This document shows, piece after piece, positions 10,763 to 20,706 of a DNA stretch of 64,000 nucleotides (position 1 is its first letter; each line of letters begins with the position of its first letter). The notes under the pieces were generated by a model, which saw only the letters and a list, made by a program, of their open reading frames with translations, did not search any database and was not told where the DNA came from. The position numbers were made by a program, and so were the translations under genes. The DNA is from an uncultured Thermoplasmata archaeon (GTDB lineage: Archaea > Thermoplasmatota > Thermoplasmata > Lutacidiplasmatales > UBA184): the NCBI GenBank assembly GCA_963715645.1, contig OY970259.1, positions 2,860 to 66,859 of the forward strand, written 5' to 3'.

Positions 10763-12172
10763 GCCAGCCCGCTGATAGCCTCGCCTCTCCTAATCAGTGG
10801 AAAACCACGGACCTTACCCCGGTCAAGAAATCCGCGAGGGGTAGCCACCACCGGCACGGGAACTTATCTGCGGGGGGACGGAAGAGACCGGTGTCAAATC
10901 ACCACCCCTTCAAGCGTCGTTCGATTCATTTGGGAACAAGTCGCCAGTCGGAGGCGCAGAATCGGTTCCGTCATCGATCTCGGAGCAGGCAACGGCCGGT
11001 TCGCCACACAGGGGAGGTACCGCAGCTATCTGGGGCTCGAGATCGACCCGGATCAGGCATCTCGGCCAGCACTTCCGGCGAACGCTCGGGTGGTCAGAAA
11101 GTGCGTTCTGGAGTCCAGCGGGAAGTTTGACCTCGCCATTGGGAATCCGCCCTTCATTCGGAACCAAGACCTCGCAAAGACATGGACTGCGGCCGCTCGG
11201 AGCCTCATCCTACGTTCTCTCGGGCAGGACATCGGCCGGCTGAGCAATCTTTACCTCTACTTCCTCTGGCTCGCAATGCTGAGGACCAAGAGCGATGGCG
11301 TAATCGCGATGGTGCTCCCGTTCGAATGGACATTCAGGCCGACATCGCGCCGTCTGCGATCGTACATTCACCAGAAGGGGTGGGAGGTCACGGTCTATCG
11401 TTTCACGCAGCCCGACCGGTACTTCCCGCGAATCGCGGCGGTTCCCTCAGTTACGATCATCGACAAGGCCACGACCCAAGGCGGGATCAGTGTCTTCGAC
11501 GTTGGCCCTCGATTAGGAATCTTCCGGGCCCTCCCCCCAAACTCAACCATTGAGGGCATGTTCGAATACGAACGACATGCGGGGCGAGTCTTCGCTCGTC
11601 GCGGACTAAGCCCCGGATCCCAGCATGTCTTCACATTGACGGAGCGCGAACGCAGCGAAGCTGGCATCGCCCGTTCAAGCGTCCATCCTTGCGTGACCAG
11701 TCTGCGGGCCCTCCCGTATTCCGTCCGACAGTTGACCGGCGATCGGTTTAGGTCGTACTACGTGAACGCGGGAAAGAAGTGCTGGCTACTCCGGACAGAC
11801 GCCATGCCTCTCCCTCCTCCTGTCGCCGGATGGTTGAGAAGCGCGCCCGGCTGGGTGAAACGGAATTCGACCTGCCGGGATCGATACCCCTGGTATCGAT
11901 ACAAGGTTCCCACCCCAGCGGCGATCCTATACTCCTCGGCGTTCAAGGGCACTGTCCGCCCAAAGATGATGGTCAATGCTGTTCGCGCGGTGAATCTCGG
12001 CTCAGTTCATGGGGTCCACGGTCTAAAAAGCGCCGGCGAACTTCCGGTCCTGTACGAGCGCTTGCGCAGGCTGAACTACGCGCGAGGCACCCTCCCCGGT
12101 CCGGGTGGTCTAAGGAAGCTGGAAGTTCGCCAGATGAACGGCATTCTCAAACGGTTCTATATGCCTGGGTAG
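10763..12172 (+). CDS. gamma-class N6-adenine-type DNA methyltransferase (Eco57I/TaqI-like); no canonical in-frame start before motif I
   Basis: The frame is open from 10763. Motifs: TTPSSVVRFIWEQV, motif I VIDLGAGNGRF (10970-11002) and motif IV NPPF (11144-11155). The first ATG/GTG/TTG in frame is GTG 11090 (track ORF 11090-12172), which lies downstream of motif I. A GTG at 10744 in another frame suggests a 5' frameshift. Confidence 0.8.
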   Translation, partial: ASPLIASPLLISGKPRTLPRSRNPRGVATTGTGTYLRGDGRDRCQITTPSSVVRFIWEQVASRRRRIGSVIDLGAGNGRFATQGRYRSYLGLEIDPDQASRPALPANARVVRKCVLESSGKFDLAIGNPPFIRNQDLAKTWTAAARSLILRSLGQDIGRLSNLYLYFLWLAMLRTKSDGVIAMVLPFEWTFRPTSRRLRSYIHQKGWEVTVYRFTQPDRYFPRIAAVPSVTIIDKATTQGGISVFDVGPRLGIFRALPPNSTIEGMFEYERHAGRVFARRGLSPGSQHVFTLTERERSEAGIARSSVHPCVTSLRALPYSVRQLTGDRFRSYYVNAGKKCWLLRTDAMPLPPPVAGWLRSAPGWVKRNSTCRDRYPWYRYKVPTPAAILYSSAFKGTVRPKMMVNAVRAVNLGSVHGVHGLKSAGELPVLYERLRRLNYARGTLPGPGGLRKLEVRQMNGILKRFYMPG

Positions 12173-12190
12173 CACCAGGCCAGAGAGTCC

Positions 12191-14430
12191 ATGGTCGCTG
12201 AAACTGTCCCGCTAGACACGGGTATCGCCCGGTTCTCCAGCGATTCACAGCTGCTCTCGGAGCTAGGAGAGCGTCTCATCGCTGACCCGGTGATTGCTCT
12301 CGCAGAGCTCATCAAGAACGCGTACGACGCGGATGCAACTGAAGCGAACGTGTACTTGGAGAGCGGGCCTGATCCAGTCCTGATCGTACGCGACAATGGT
12401 CATGGCATGTCCAAGGACGATTTCCTGAACTACTGGATGATAGTGGGAACTCCCGCGAAGCTCGGCGCGGAGAAGTCACGACGGTTTCATCGGCCCCTTA
12501 CTGGCTCGAAGGGTGTCGGACGTTTCGCGGTACGCCTGCTTGGCAAGTCGCTCCACCTAGAGTCGGTCTCCTTTGACGCCTCCGTCAAGGAATGGCGGAG
12601 GCTCGTCGCGGACTTTGAATGGGGCAAGTTCGCATCGGGAAGCGACCTGGGAACGGTTTCTGTGCCCTACAAAATCTACCGCGAGGCGAACAAAGCGGAA
12701 GCAGGAACCCGACTCTCCATCGGGACTCTGCGGGACAAGTGGTCAGATTCGGACCTCGCTCTTGTCACCCAGGATGTGCTCGACATTGTAGAACCGCCGT
12801 TTCCCCTGACAAGTGGCCCGGCCAAGACCAGCCAAGGGGCCGCGGATCCCGGATTCTCCCTCTTTTTCTCGCCCCCGGGCCAAGGCGAACGCGCCACTCA
12901 GGCCGCCGACGAACTCGTTGAGAGATGGCAGGCGCGGATGCTGATCACCGTGGCGGGCACCGCTGCGCAGTACCAATGCTTCTACAAGGACCAGAAGGGT
13001 AAGCCCAAACAGTGGACCGTTTCACTCGACAAGAACCTCGTCGGTGACGTGACTGCCGAACTCCGGTACTTTCCGAGGCGGGCCGGCATGTTTAGCAACA
13101 TGACCAACATGGACGGTCGAGACGTCATTAGCTATCTTCGAAAACGCGGTGGCGTTCGCATCATCAATCGCGGCTTCCGGATTCGACCATACGGGGAGCC
13201 CGATGACGACTGGCTCGGACTCTCACGTTCCAAGGCTAGGAACGAGCGAAGATGGAACTCCCCCTACACGGAAGTACTCTATCCGAGGGCCAAGTTGCCC
13301 CGGGAGGAGTCGCTCGACCCGCTCCTGAAGCTGCCTGCGAATCACCAACTCTTGGGGACCGTGTGTGTCGAGAGTTTCCAATCTGACCAATCGAAGGGGG
13401 TCAACTCCGATTCGGATCGCCTCCAGCCGGCTATGGACCGTCAGGGGTTCGTGGACAATGCGGGGTTCAACCAGCTCTCTCGCCTCATACGGACCGCAAC
13501 GGAACTAATCGCGGTCGTCGACCGAGAGCAGGGAGTCAAACGCGACAAGGATCGGGAGGCCCGCGTTACCCGTGAGGTTCAGGTCAAGATCGACACCGCG
13601 ATTGAACGAGTTCAGAAGAGCCGAGAGATTGCACCGAAGGAGAAGCGCGCCATAGTCGAGTCCTACCGGGAGATTCAATCCGCGGTCGCGGTCTCTGCCC
13701 AGGCGCACGGTCAAACACTCCGCGCTGTCGAGGCGATGTCCCTCCTCGGCGTTCTTGCTGGATTCATGACCCACGAAACGACGGTCATGCAGAGGGCATC
13801 CGAAGAAATGATCAAAGCCCTTCGGGCCATTCCGGCCCGGAATCGACCCGTCGGCTATGATACATTGCTGTCGCGCGTTGAAGAAGCCAACCGCGAGTTC
13901 AAGAGTCACATCGAGTACGCCCGCTTGTTCCTTACGAACATTCACGAGCGCGAGGTCCGTCCGTACCCGGTTCGGCCTCAGGTAAAGCGGGTATAGATCA
14001 TTTCAAATCGTTCATGGACGCCCGTTCCATTCGAGGCGAGAATACCGTCTCTACTGACGAGCGTTCCCCCGCGATCGGGGTCGGGGTCTACTCGGGAATA
14101 TTGCTAAACCTCTTCACGAATGCCCTAAAAGCCGTCGTGAAGGTGGACAATCGAGAGAGGCTGATTCAGGTCTCGGCGGAATCTACGCCTCAGGGGCACA
14201 AACTTCGGGTGTCCGACACTGGTGTTGGGATTCCCCTTGAGCTGCAGGGCCTAATCTTTGAGCCGTTCATCACAACGACCGGGGACGAAGGACCTCTCGG
14301 GAGCGGGATGGGGCTTGGACTCCACATTGTCCGTCGGGTCCTCGATTCCATAGGTGGGCGAATAGAATTGGTGGATCCACCCGATGGATTCGTGACGTGT
14401 TTCGAGGTGACCTTCCAAAATGCCAAGTGA
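12191..14430 (+). CDS. MORC/HATPase_c_3-like GHKL ATPase fused to a histidine kinase core (HisKA + HATPase_c); split into ORFs 12191-13996 and 14014-14430
   Basis: N-terminal motifs: ALAELIKNAYDADA, VRDNGHGMS, GSKGVGRFA. A long helical linker follows. H-box LLGVLAGFMTHETTVMQ (His codon 13772-13774). N box LLNLFTNALKA, G1 VSDTGVGIP, G2 GSGMGLGLHIV. The two ORFs are separated only by TAG 13994-13996 plus a frame change. The second frame is open from at least 13921, so a 1-nt indel would fuse them (~745 aa). Confidence 0.8.
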
Positions 14431-15307
14431 GGGGGTTGACGCGCGGGTCCTCATCATAGAGGACACTGAGGAGACATACCAGAGACTCAGCACGCTTCTT
14501 TCCGCCAAGAGCGCTGCCCTTCGGTTCTCAACCGAGCGGCTGTCGATTGAACCAGGGAATGGTTCGGACCTTCCGGCTACAGAGGAGGTTGTGCGGAGCC
14601 GTCTACTTGACCCTAACCCGACTTCGTTGGTGCTCCTAGACCTCGACCTGAGCAAATTTCCCAAGCACGTTGCCCGAGAGTTCGTGCAGGGGGTCTGCTC
14701 CGATCGGAGGATCCCGATTTGTGTTTACAACTACCGACCTGACGTCCTTCAACGGCTCAAGGATCTGCGTCAGTGGCAAGAAGAGGCAATCTCAATCACG
14801 GATTGCGGCACGATTGAGGAACTGGCCGAGAGATTCCTTGACTGCATCGGTGGATTCATGGCACTTCGGGCCTCGCTCTCTCAGTCAGGGAGGGGAGACT
14901 TCCGACAGACAATTCGTCAGATTCTGCAATGCCCGAAGGACGCTAGGATACAGCTGGACCAGTACTTCTGGGGTCGATTCGAGCCCCTCCAGGTCGCGGA
15001 GCTTTCCCCGGAGGAACGCGTCCGAGTCTTCACAACTTCCTTGGGATACTGGGTCTACAACGTATTGCTCCGATTCCCAGGTGTCTTGCTCGGTGTAAAG
15101 CCGGCAGCTTCATACCTGGACATTGACGTGGATGCGTTCTGCACCAAACCGGAGATACAGAAACTCTTTGATGCTGCGCGCTATAAAGGGCCATTTTCCG
15201 GCGTGCGACCTTATTGGTGGGCCAGCTCGCTCGACCAGATACTCGCTGAAGGGATGGTAGAGAGTGACACATCCATGGTTTCCGGGGAACACCCACGCAG
15301 AACGTAG
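14420..15307 (+). CDS. receiver (REC)-like domain protein with an unassigned C-terminal domain
   Basis: RVLIIEDTEE (acidic pocket) and LVLLDLDLS (phospho-acceptor-type Asp, codons 14638-14646). About 170 aa of C-terminal sequence have no recognisable family. ATG 14420 overlaps the kinase stop (14428-14430) by 11 nt. Confidence 0.65.
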   Translation: MPSEGVDARVLIIEDTEETYQRLSTLLSAKSAALRFSTERLSIEPGNGSDLPATEEVVRSRLLDPNPTSLVLLDLDLSKFPKHVAREFVQGVCSDRRIPICVYNYRPDVLQRLKDLRQWQEEAISITDCGTIEELAERFLDCIGGFMALRASLSQSGRGDFRQTIRQILQCPKDARIQLDQYFWGRFEPLQVAELSPEERVRVFTTSLGYWVYNVLLRFPGVLLGVKPAASYLDIDVDAFCTKPEIQKLFDAARYKGPFSGVRPYWWASSLDQILAEGMVESDTSMVSGEHPRRT

Positions 15308-15496
15308 GGGATTTTCAGTTCCCCGGTGTCGGTGTCTTAGGGGGCATGACGGCGCGGGGTACTTCTTCATAATCCGGGAGGAGCCAGTCTGCGCCGAGCA
15401 CTCTGTCAGACCTAGCGGTTGGCTGCCCGTGGGAGCGGATCAATCTCGATCGAACAGGAAAAGATAGACGAGCTGAACCCGTGGCTCGCCCTGTAA

Positions 15497-16001
15497 TTGC
15501 GATTGGAGATGTCCGAGTATCACGCGCGGGCCGGCCCCTACTTGAACCCGATTCGTCGGGCGTACGAAGACTTTTGGCGGACGCTTACGGGCTTGACAGG
15601 AGGGAAGGCCGAGCCGATAATTCGCGAAAACCTCGATGTGAGAGTCCAACGCGATTCCGCAGGGGAAGAGTGCGTTTATGTCGTCTCTCGTCCGGCCTTC
15701 AGGCTCCGAGGTCTCTCGGCGCGTCGTAGAGATGTGCACCGATCCGACTATGACGTGTACATCGCAGTTGAACAATCAGTCCGCGCTCGCGAGGCACCGG
15801 TGGATGGACGGACATTCGATGCCGTCCGTCTGCGTGCGGGTAAGCTACATGGACTGTGAGGAAAGCCCCAACGAGCCCCACGGAGCCACCGGTTCCGATC
15901 CTGGGCGGGTCCACATCGGAATCCACTTCGATCTGAGCGACGAGGAGTCCGGCCCCTCGATTTCTACGATCATCCGATCTTTCACGCCCAATACGACCTG
16001 A
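15497..16001 (+). CDS. hypothetical protein, probably one frame change (ORFs 15497-15859 and 15678-16001)
   Basis: The likely start is ATG 15509 (MSEYHARAGPYLNPIRRAYEDFW). The second ORF continues with VSYMDCEESPNEPHGATGSDPGRVHIGIHFDL. No family recognised. Confidence 0.3.
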
Positions 16002-16871
16002 GGTGCATCGACCCGGCTTCGGTCGGTAGAACGTGCGTCCCGTCGCAGGACTCGGCCCGATGTGACTCCCCCAGAATCCCGACTGCGCCCATGGACTTCT
16101 CAGGAGTCGTGTTCGCGATTTTGCGGGATCACCTGCCGGACACGGTGGCGTCCGGATGGCCTCAAGACATGCGGGAGGCATTGATTGCACTACCTCACCT
16201 CCCGACTGGCCGCTTCGCCCCATTCGTCAACGGAACAAGCGGATTGTCGGCGCTTGGCGGGACCGGTCTGACGGCAAGAGACCCCCAACGTGACCCTCCC
16301 AAACGAGTCACTTAGGATTCGGGGCAATCCGCAATCCCGTTCGACCAGTCCAGGAGGTATCGAGACTCAGACCGAACTTCGACAAATCAATCCGGTGGCC
16401 CGAAGAGTATGAGAGATCCGGTGGGAAGCACAACTCCGCATTCCCGCCGGTGGATTAGTTTCCACGATTCCGACTGGACCCCAGCCGGTCTGTCAGGCGT
16501 GGAACGGTCCTCCGCCGCCGATCTCGGTCATCATTCGTCGAGGGATGAGGGCCCGCCGCCGCGAGCGCTGTCACGACGCGATTGGAAACCGGTTGAGAGC
16601 TGCAGGTTCGGAGAGCGAGCTCGGATCTTCGGTCGTGACCAAGATCAGGGGTTCAGTCTCACCCGGACTCGAAGTGTCGAAGAGCCATTGGGCCGGGGGA
16701 TCAATGGAGTGACGTTCACGGCGAACCAACCCACGTGGCCCCGGTTCAGGCGTGCCCTGCGGCGGGGTGCGGGGTCCATGTCTGATGGATCGCCGGGCAG
16801 GTGGCCGGATGGTGGTCTCCCTCTCGGAGTTATAGACGAACGTATCGTGGCGCTCCTCCTTCAGCGCTGAT

Positions 16872-17320
16872 GTGAACTATTTCGCATACGGGTCGAACAT
16901 GGACCTCTCGCGGCTCCGGGAAAGAGGAGTCCACCCTCGAGAGAGAAGGGCCGCGGTGCTCCGGGGTTATCGTCTCAGGCTTCGACAAGCGATCCGCTGC
17001 TAACCCCGGCGAAGGAAAGGCCAACATCATGGCGCGGACCGATGAGTCGGTGGAGGGCATCCTCTCGACGGTCACGGAAGAGGAGATGGGGAAGCTGGAC
17101 CGATGCGAAGGCGTCCCAGCCCACTATCTCAGGGCTCGCGTAGTGGCGAAGCTGAAGGATGGTACGGAGGTCGACGCGGTCACGTATCGTGGCGAATCCA
17201 TCGATGGTCTTCGATGGTTTGAAACCGACCAGGGAATATCTTTCGTATCTGCTCGCTGGGAGAGGCTTCCTTTCGAGAGATTACCTTCGGTGGCTGGAAG
17301 GAACCGAGACCTTCGACTGA
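16872..17320 (+). CDS. gamma-glutamylcyclotransferase-like (GGCT/AIG2 fold) protein, two frame changes
   Basis: GTG 16872 gives VNYFAYGSNMDLSRLRERGV..VLRGYRL. After a shift near 16975 it reads FDKRSAANPGEGKANIMARTDESVEGILSTVTEEEMGKLDRCEG..YLRARV (ORF 17029-17352). After a shift near 17210 it reads KPTREYLSYLLAGRGFLSRDYLRWLEGTETFD and stops at 17318-17320. Confidence 0.6.
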
Positions 17321-17495
17321 ACCGAAGCTTGGAGCCTCCACGCAAGCAGTAGCCGTTCCCGCCGGCGCCTCACCCCTGACCGCTGGTGCGGGTAGGGGGC
17401 CCTATCCCAACACAACGGCCGGGCTTGCTTCGGGGGTCGACTGCACATTCGTTGAATCGGCGGTTCTATAGAGCAGGGCGCCGTCGGATGACCGG

Positions 17496-17735
17496 ATGGC
17501 GAGCCTGAAGGATGAGGTTTCGGACGCCCTAAAGAAGCAGGGTTCACCCGCCGGGGCCCTTCCGTTGTGGGAGGAGATTCACGCGGGCTACGAGCGTGGC
17601 GGCTCAGACGCAGTCTGGAACCTCCTCGAGGGCAAGGTGAAGGCGATTCGGAGGTCCGCCAAGGCGGAGGCTTCGGAGATGAAGGCCGCGGCGGGATCGG
17701 TCAAAGCAAGGGCCCGTGCGAAGAGGAAGCGGTGA
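17496..17735 (+). CDS. small helical Lys/Glu-rich protein (79 aa)
   Basis: Intact ORF. Its TGA (17733-17735) overlaps the GTG 17732 start of the downstream ATPase (GTGA). Confidence 0.5.
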   Translation: MASLKDEVSDALKKQGSPAGALPLWEEIHAGYERGGSDAVWNLLEGKVKAIRRSAKAEASEMKAAAGSVKARARAKRKR

Positions 17736-19988
17736 AGGGCGAGGATGGAAAGGTCCACCTGAAAGCCCTTGACGTCGAGGGATTCAGGGGAGCCAACAAG
17801 AAGGTTCACCTCGACTTCAGCCCCCGAGCGACGGTGCTCTCAGCGTGGAATGGGAGGGGAAAGAGCACCCTGCTGGGCGCCGTAGAGTGGGGTCTCTTTG
17901 GAGAGCTTAAATTCCAACCCCCGGAAAACCGGACCCGTGACGAGCTTGTCAGCCTCTTCCATCCTGGAGGCCGCGCATCCGTCCAGTTGACCCTGTCCAG
18001 GGACAGCGAGGACATCCGGGTGAGTAGAACCCGGGTGGTCGGCAAAATGGGTTCCAGTCTTGAGGTTCGAGATGGTTCCGGCAAGACTCTCGAGGACGAC
18101 GAAGCGGCAGAGTTCATCTTCCGGCTCGACGGGGCTCGGGTTCGACGATTTCTATCGGGCCGCATTCCTCCATCAAGATAGTATCCGCGGACTCTTGACC
18201 GAGGAGCAAAAGGACCGAGACGAGGCCTTGGATCGGCTCCTCGGAGTCGAAACGATTCGGAATCTCTTGACATCGATTCCTCTAAGGCCCGTCTCCACCG
18301 CCCTTGACGAGATAGAGAACCAAGAAGGGAGGTTGATGGAACGGCTCGCCGGCGCCGGGGGTGTTGCCGAAGGGACTCGATCGCGTGCCCGCGAGGAGGC
18401 CCTCGGGGCAGGGTATGACGAAGAAGAGCTCACCATCAAGAAAGGGTTCGACGAATCTCAGGCCCTTCTCGCGGACTTGCGCCGTGTCTGCATGAAGTAT
18501 GACGCCGAGGCGCCTGGTGAGGCTACGGTTGAGAATCTGGAGGACCTCGAACGCGTAGCGCGGCGGATCAAGTCCGCAACCCGGGCGATTCGGTTGACGG
18601 TCGGAAAGGAATCCCCCCTGGACGTCGCAGTGGGCCGTCTCGGGATGTTGAAGAAGTGGAGAGTAGAGATTGAGACGGCCCAAATCGATCTTCAGGCTTC
18701 ACAAACTGCGGTGGAGGAGCACGGCAAGGAACACGGCAAGCCTGAGCAGTGGGCCGGGACGCGGTCCTCACTTCTCGAGGCGATCGAGCGAAGCGAGGGG
18801 GCGCTCCACGTCCTCGACATTCACGGAAAGGTGGTGGCCGACGCTATAGCCTACTTGGAGGCAGTTCCGTCCTCCCGCGAGTGTCCCGTCTGCGGCGACC
18901 CGAAGGAGGCCGCCAAGCTCGCTTCGCTTCTTCGGACGAAGATATCCAAGGGCCAGGCCACCGAGGTTCGACGCCTTCGCGAGGAGGTGGCGGAGGCCAA
19001 GCTAAAGATTCGAGGGCCTAGGCAGAGCTCGAGACACGACGGGGTCGGCTCGTGGCCGAATCCGAACGATGCGCCACGTCGCTCAAGGAGACGCTCGACA
19101 CGACGTGGAAGGACCTTGGCAGGAAGGGGGAAACCGGGGATCCAGTCACCACGATCAAGAAGGAGGAGGGGGCCCTCAATGGTAAGCTCCAAGGACTGCG
19201 AAACCTGAACCTCGAACGAGAAGGAGATCTCCAGAAGCTTGATGATGGCGCCGACCGCCTTCGAGCGTTGCAGCGCTTCGTCAAGGCGGACTCTGATTTC
19301 CAGCGAGTGCGCGAGAAGGCGGAGGGGGGAGATGATGGGGGAGCCAAGGCTTTCGACGAGGACAAGAGGCAGTTGGTTGCTCTGAGGACGGAACTTGAAT
19401 CAATAATCCAAGCGCTCAACGGCCTGTCCACCGGAAGGGCACAGGAGGCACTCGCGCGCTGCGGCGAGGACATTTCGCGGCTGTACGGATTCGCTCTGCA
19501 ATCACCCTTACTTCGACGGGCTGAAGATCGAAGTGAGCCAGAAGGCCGTGCAAGGAGTTCAGAGAAACACCTACCGGATCGTCGCCTATTCTTCGAAGGA
19601 CGGTCAGCGGACCGCGGCGAGCTCCCGACTCTCGACGGCACAGATGAATTGCGTGGCCCTAAGCGCGTATCTTTCTCTGGCTAAGGTCCTGACTCACAAT
19701 CTCGGGTTCATCTTGCTGGACGATCCAAGTCAGAACCTCGACGCTGAACACAAGAGCGCATTGGCTGGTGTCATCAAGGGGCTCTTCCCTTCGCTCCAAG
19801 TAGTCGTGGGAACCCATGACGCCGAGTTCGATGGATTCTTGCGTTCGAGTTTGGGCCGGGAAGAGGTTTCGTGGTACGACCTCAAATGGAACCCCGCGAC
19901 GGGACCTCGGTCATACCCAACAATGCCAATCATGGATGATGCTTCCCCCAGACTCGCTAAGGGTCCTGACAATGGTCCAGCAGCTTGA
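17732..19988 (+). CDS. Rad50/SbcC/SMC-like ATPase with coiled coil and central CxxC (zinc-hook-like); three frame changes
   Basis: The fragments alternate between two frames. 17732-18181 has Walker A WNGRGKSTLLGAVEWGLFG. 18060-19208 (meaningful ~18125-19020) has FDDFYRAAFLHQDS, coiled coil and ECPVCGD at 18879-18899. 19052-19684 is coiled coil. 19533-19988 has signature-like LSTAQMNCVALSAYLSLA, Walker B FILLDDPSQNLD and VVGTHD. Confidence 0.75.
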
Positions 19989-20437
19989 GGGGTCGTTCGG
20001 CGCTCAGCAATTCGGCCAAATCATGCAGACCCTCCTCGCAATTTCATTCCGAAGCGCCGGATTTGAGGTCGTCAAGAACGCAGTCGGGGTCCCTGACCTC
20101 CAGGCCTTCCATCCAGGCGAATCTGACGGGTACGCGATCGAGGCGAAGACCGGTAAGATGTCCGTCAGCCTGTCGAAGAGGGACCTCGATGGAGTCAGGT
20201 CGACCGGACGCATCCCGGTTGTCGCTGCCTTCTTCGTTTCCGATCCGAAGCCGCGTTGGTGGCTTGTCGACGCAAATGCAATGCGCGCGGCCACGTTACC
20301 GAAGGCACGAGATCGAGTCCAAACCCAGAGTAGACGTGGGCTTTGATCTTACCGACCAGTTTTCCCGAATTCTCGCTAGCAATATCCAGATCGCGATGGA
20401 GGGGCCGGGACCCCTGTCACGTTTACTCGGAGGCTAA
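19972..20437 (+). CDS. small PD-(D/E)xK nuclease-fold protein, one frame change near 20300-20312
   Basis: GVPDLQAFHPGESDGYAIEAKTGK = PD-x15-ExK. ATG 19972 (or 19936) overlaps the 3' end of the ATPase gene. The C-terminus continues in the frame of ORF 19985-20437 (EIESKPRVDVGFDLTDQFSRILASNIQ). Confidence 0.55.
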
Positions 20438-20706
20438 TCCGCAGGATTTCAGCTACGACCCCCGAGGCCTCTGCGGAGATTGCGCTGGTTGCGGAGTGGA
20501 ACGAACCCGCCGGACTTTGATCCGGCGGTCGATGCCGGGCCCGATCCCTGACTGTCTCGGGTGGCTTCGACTTTGGGTGGGGCCGTGACGAAAACCAGCC
20601 GTTAGGTCACACCCCCACGGCTTCAGGCGAGTCAGACCCGTAGGATCGAGACGGGGGACTTGGGTCACAGACCGGGGCGGGACGCATGGCTAGGGCGGGA
20701 GCTACG

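Noticed and set aside
16409-16870. ORF 16409-16870(+) as a gene.
   Set aside because: The translation is not protein-like (Arg/Ser/Gly-rich, no motifs). The only coherent peptide in this stretch is a start-less minus-strand fragment, so the region was left unannotated.
20507-20528. Hairpin CCGCCGGA-CTTTGA-TCCGGCGG, ~70 nt downstream of the PD-(D/E)xK gene, considered as a terminator.
   Set aside because: Archaeal termination relies mainly on T-tracts and none follows. An 8-bp GC stem is unremarkable at this GC content.
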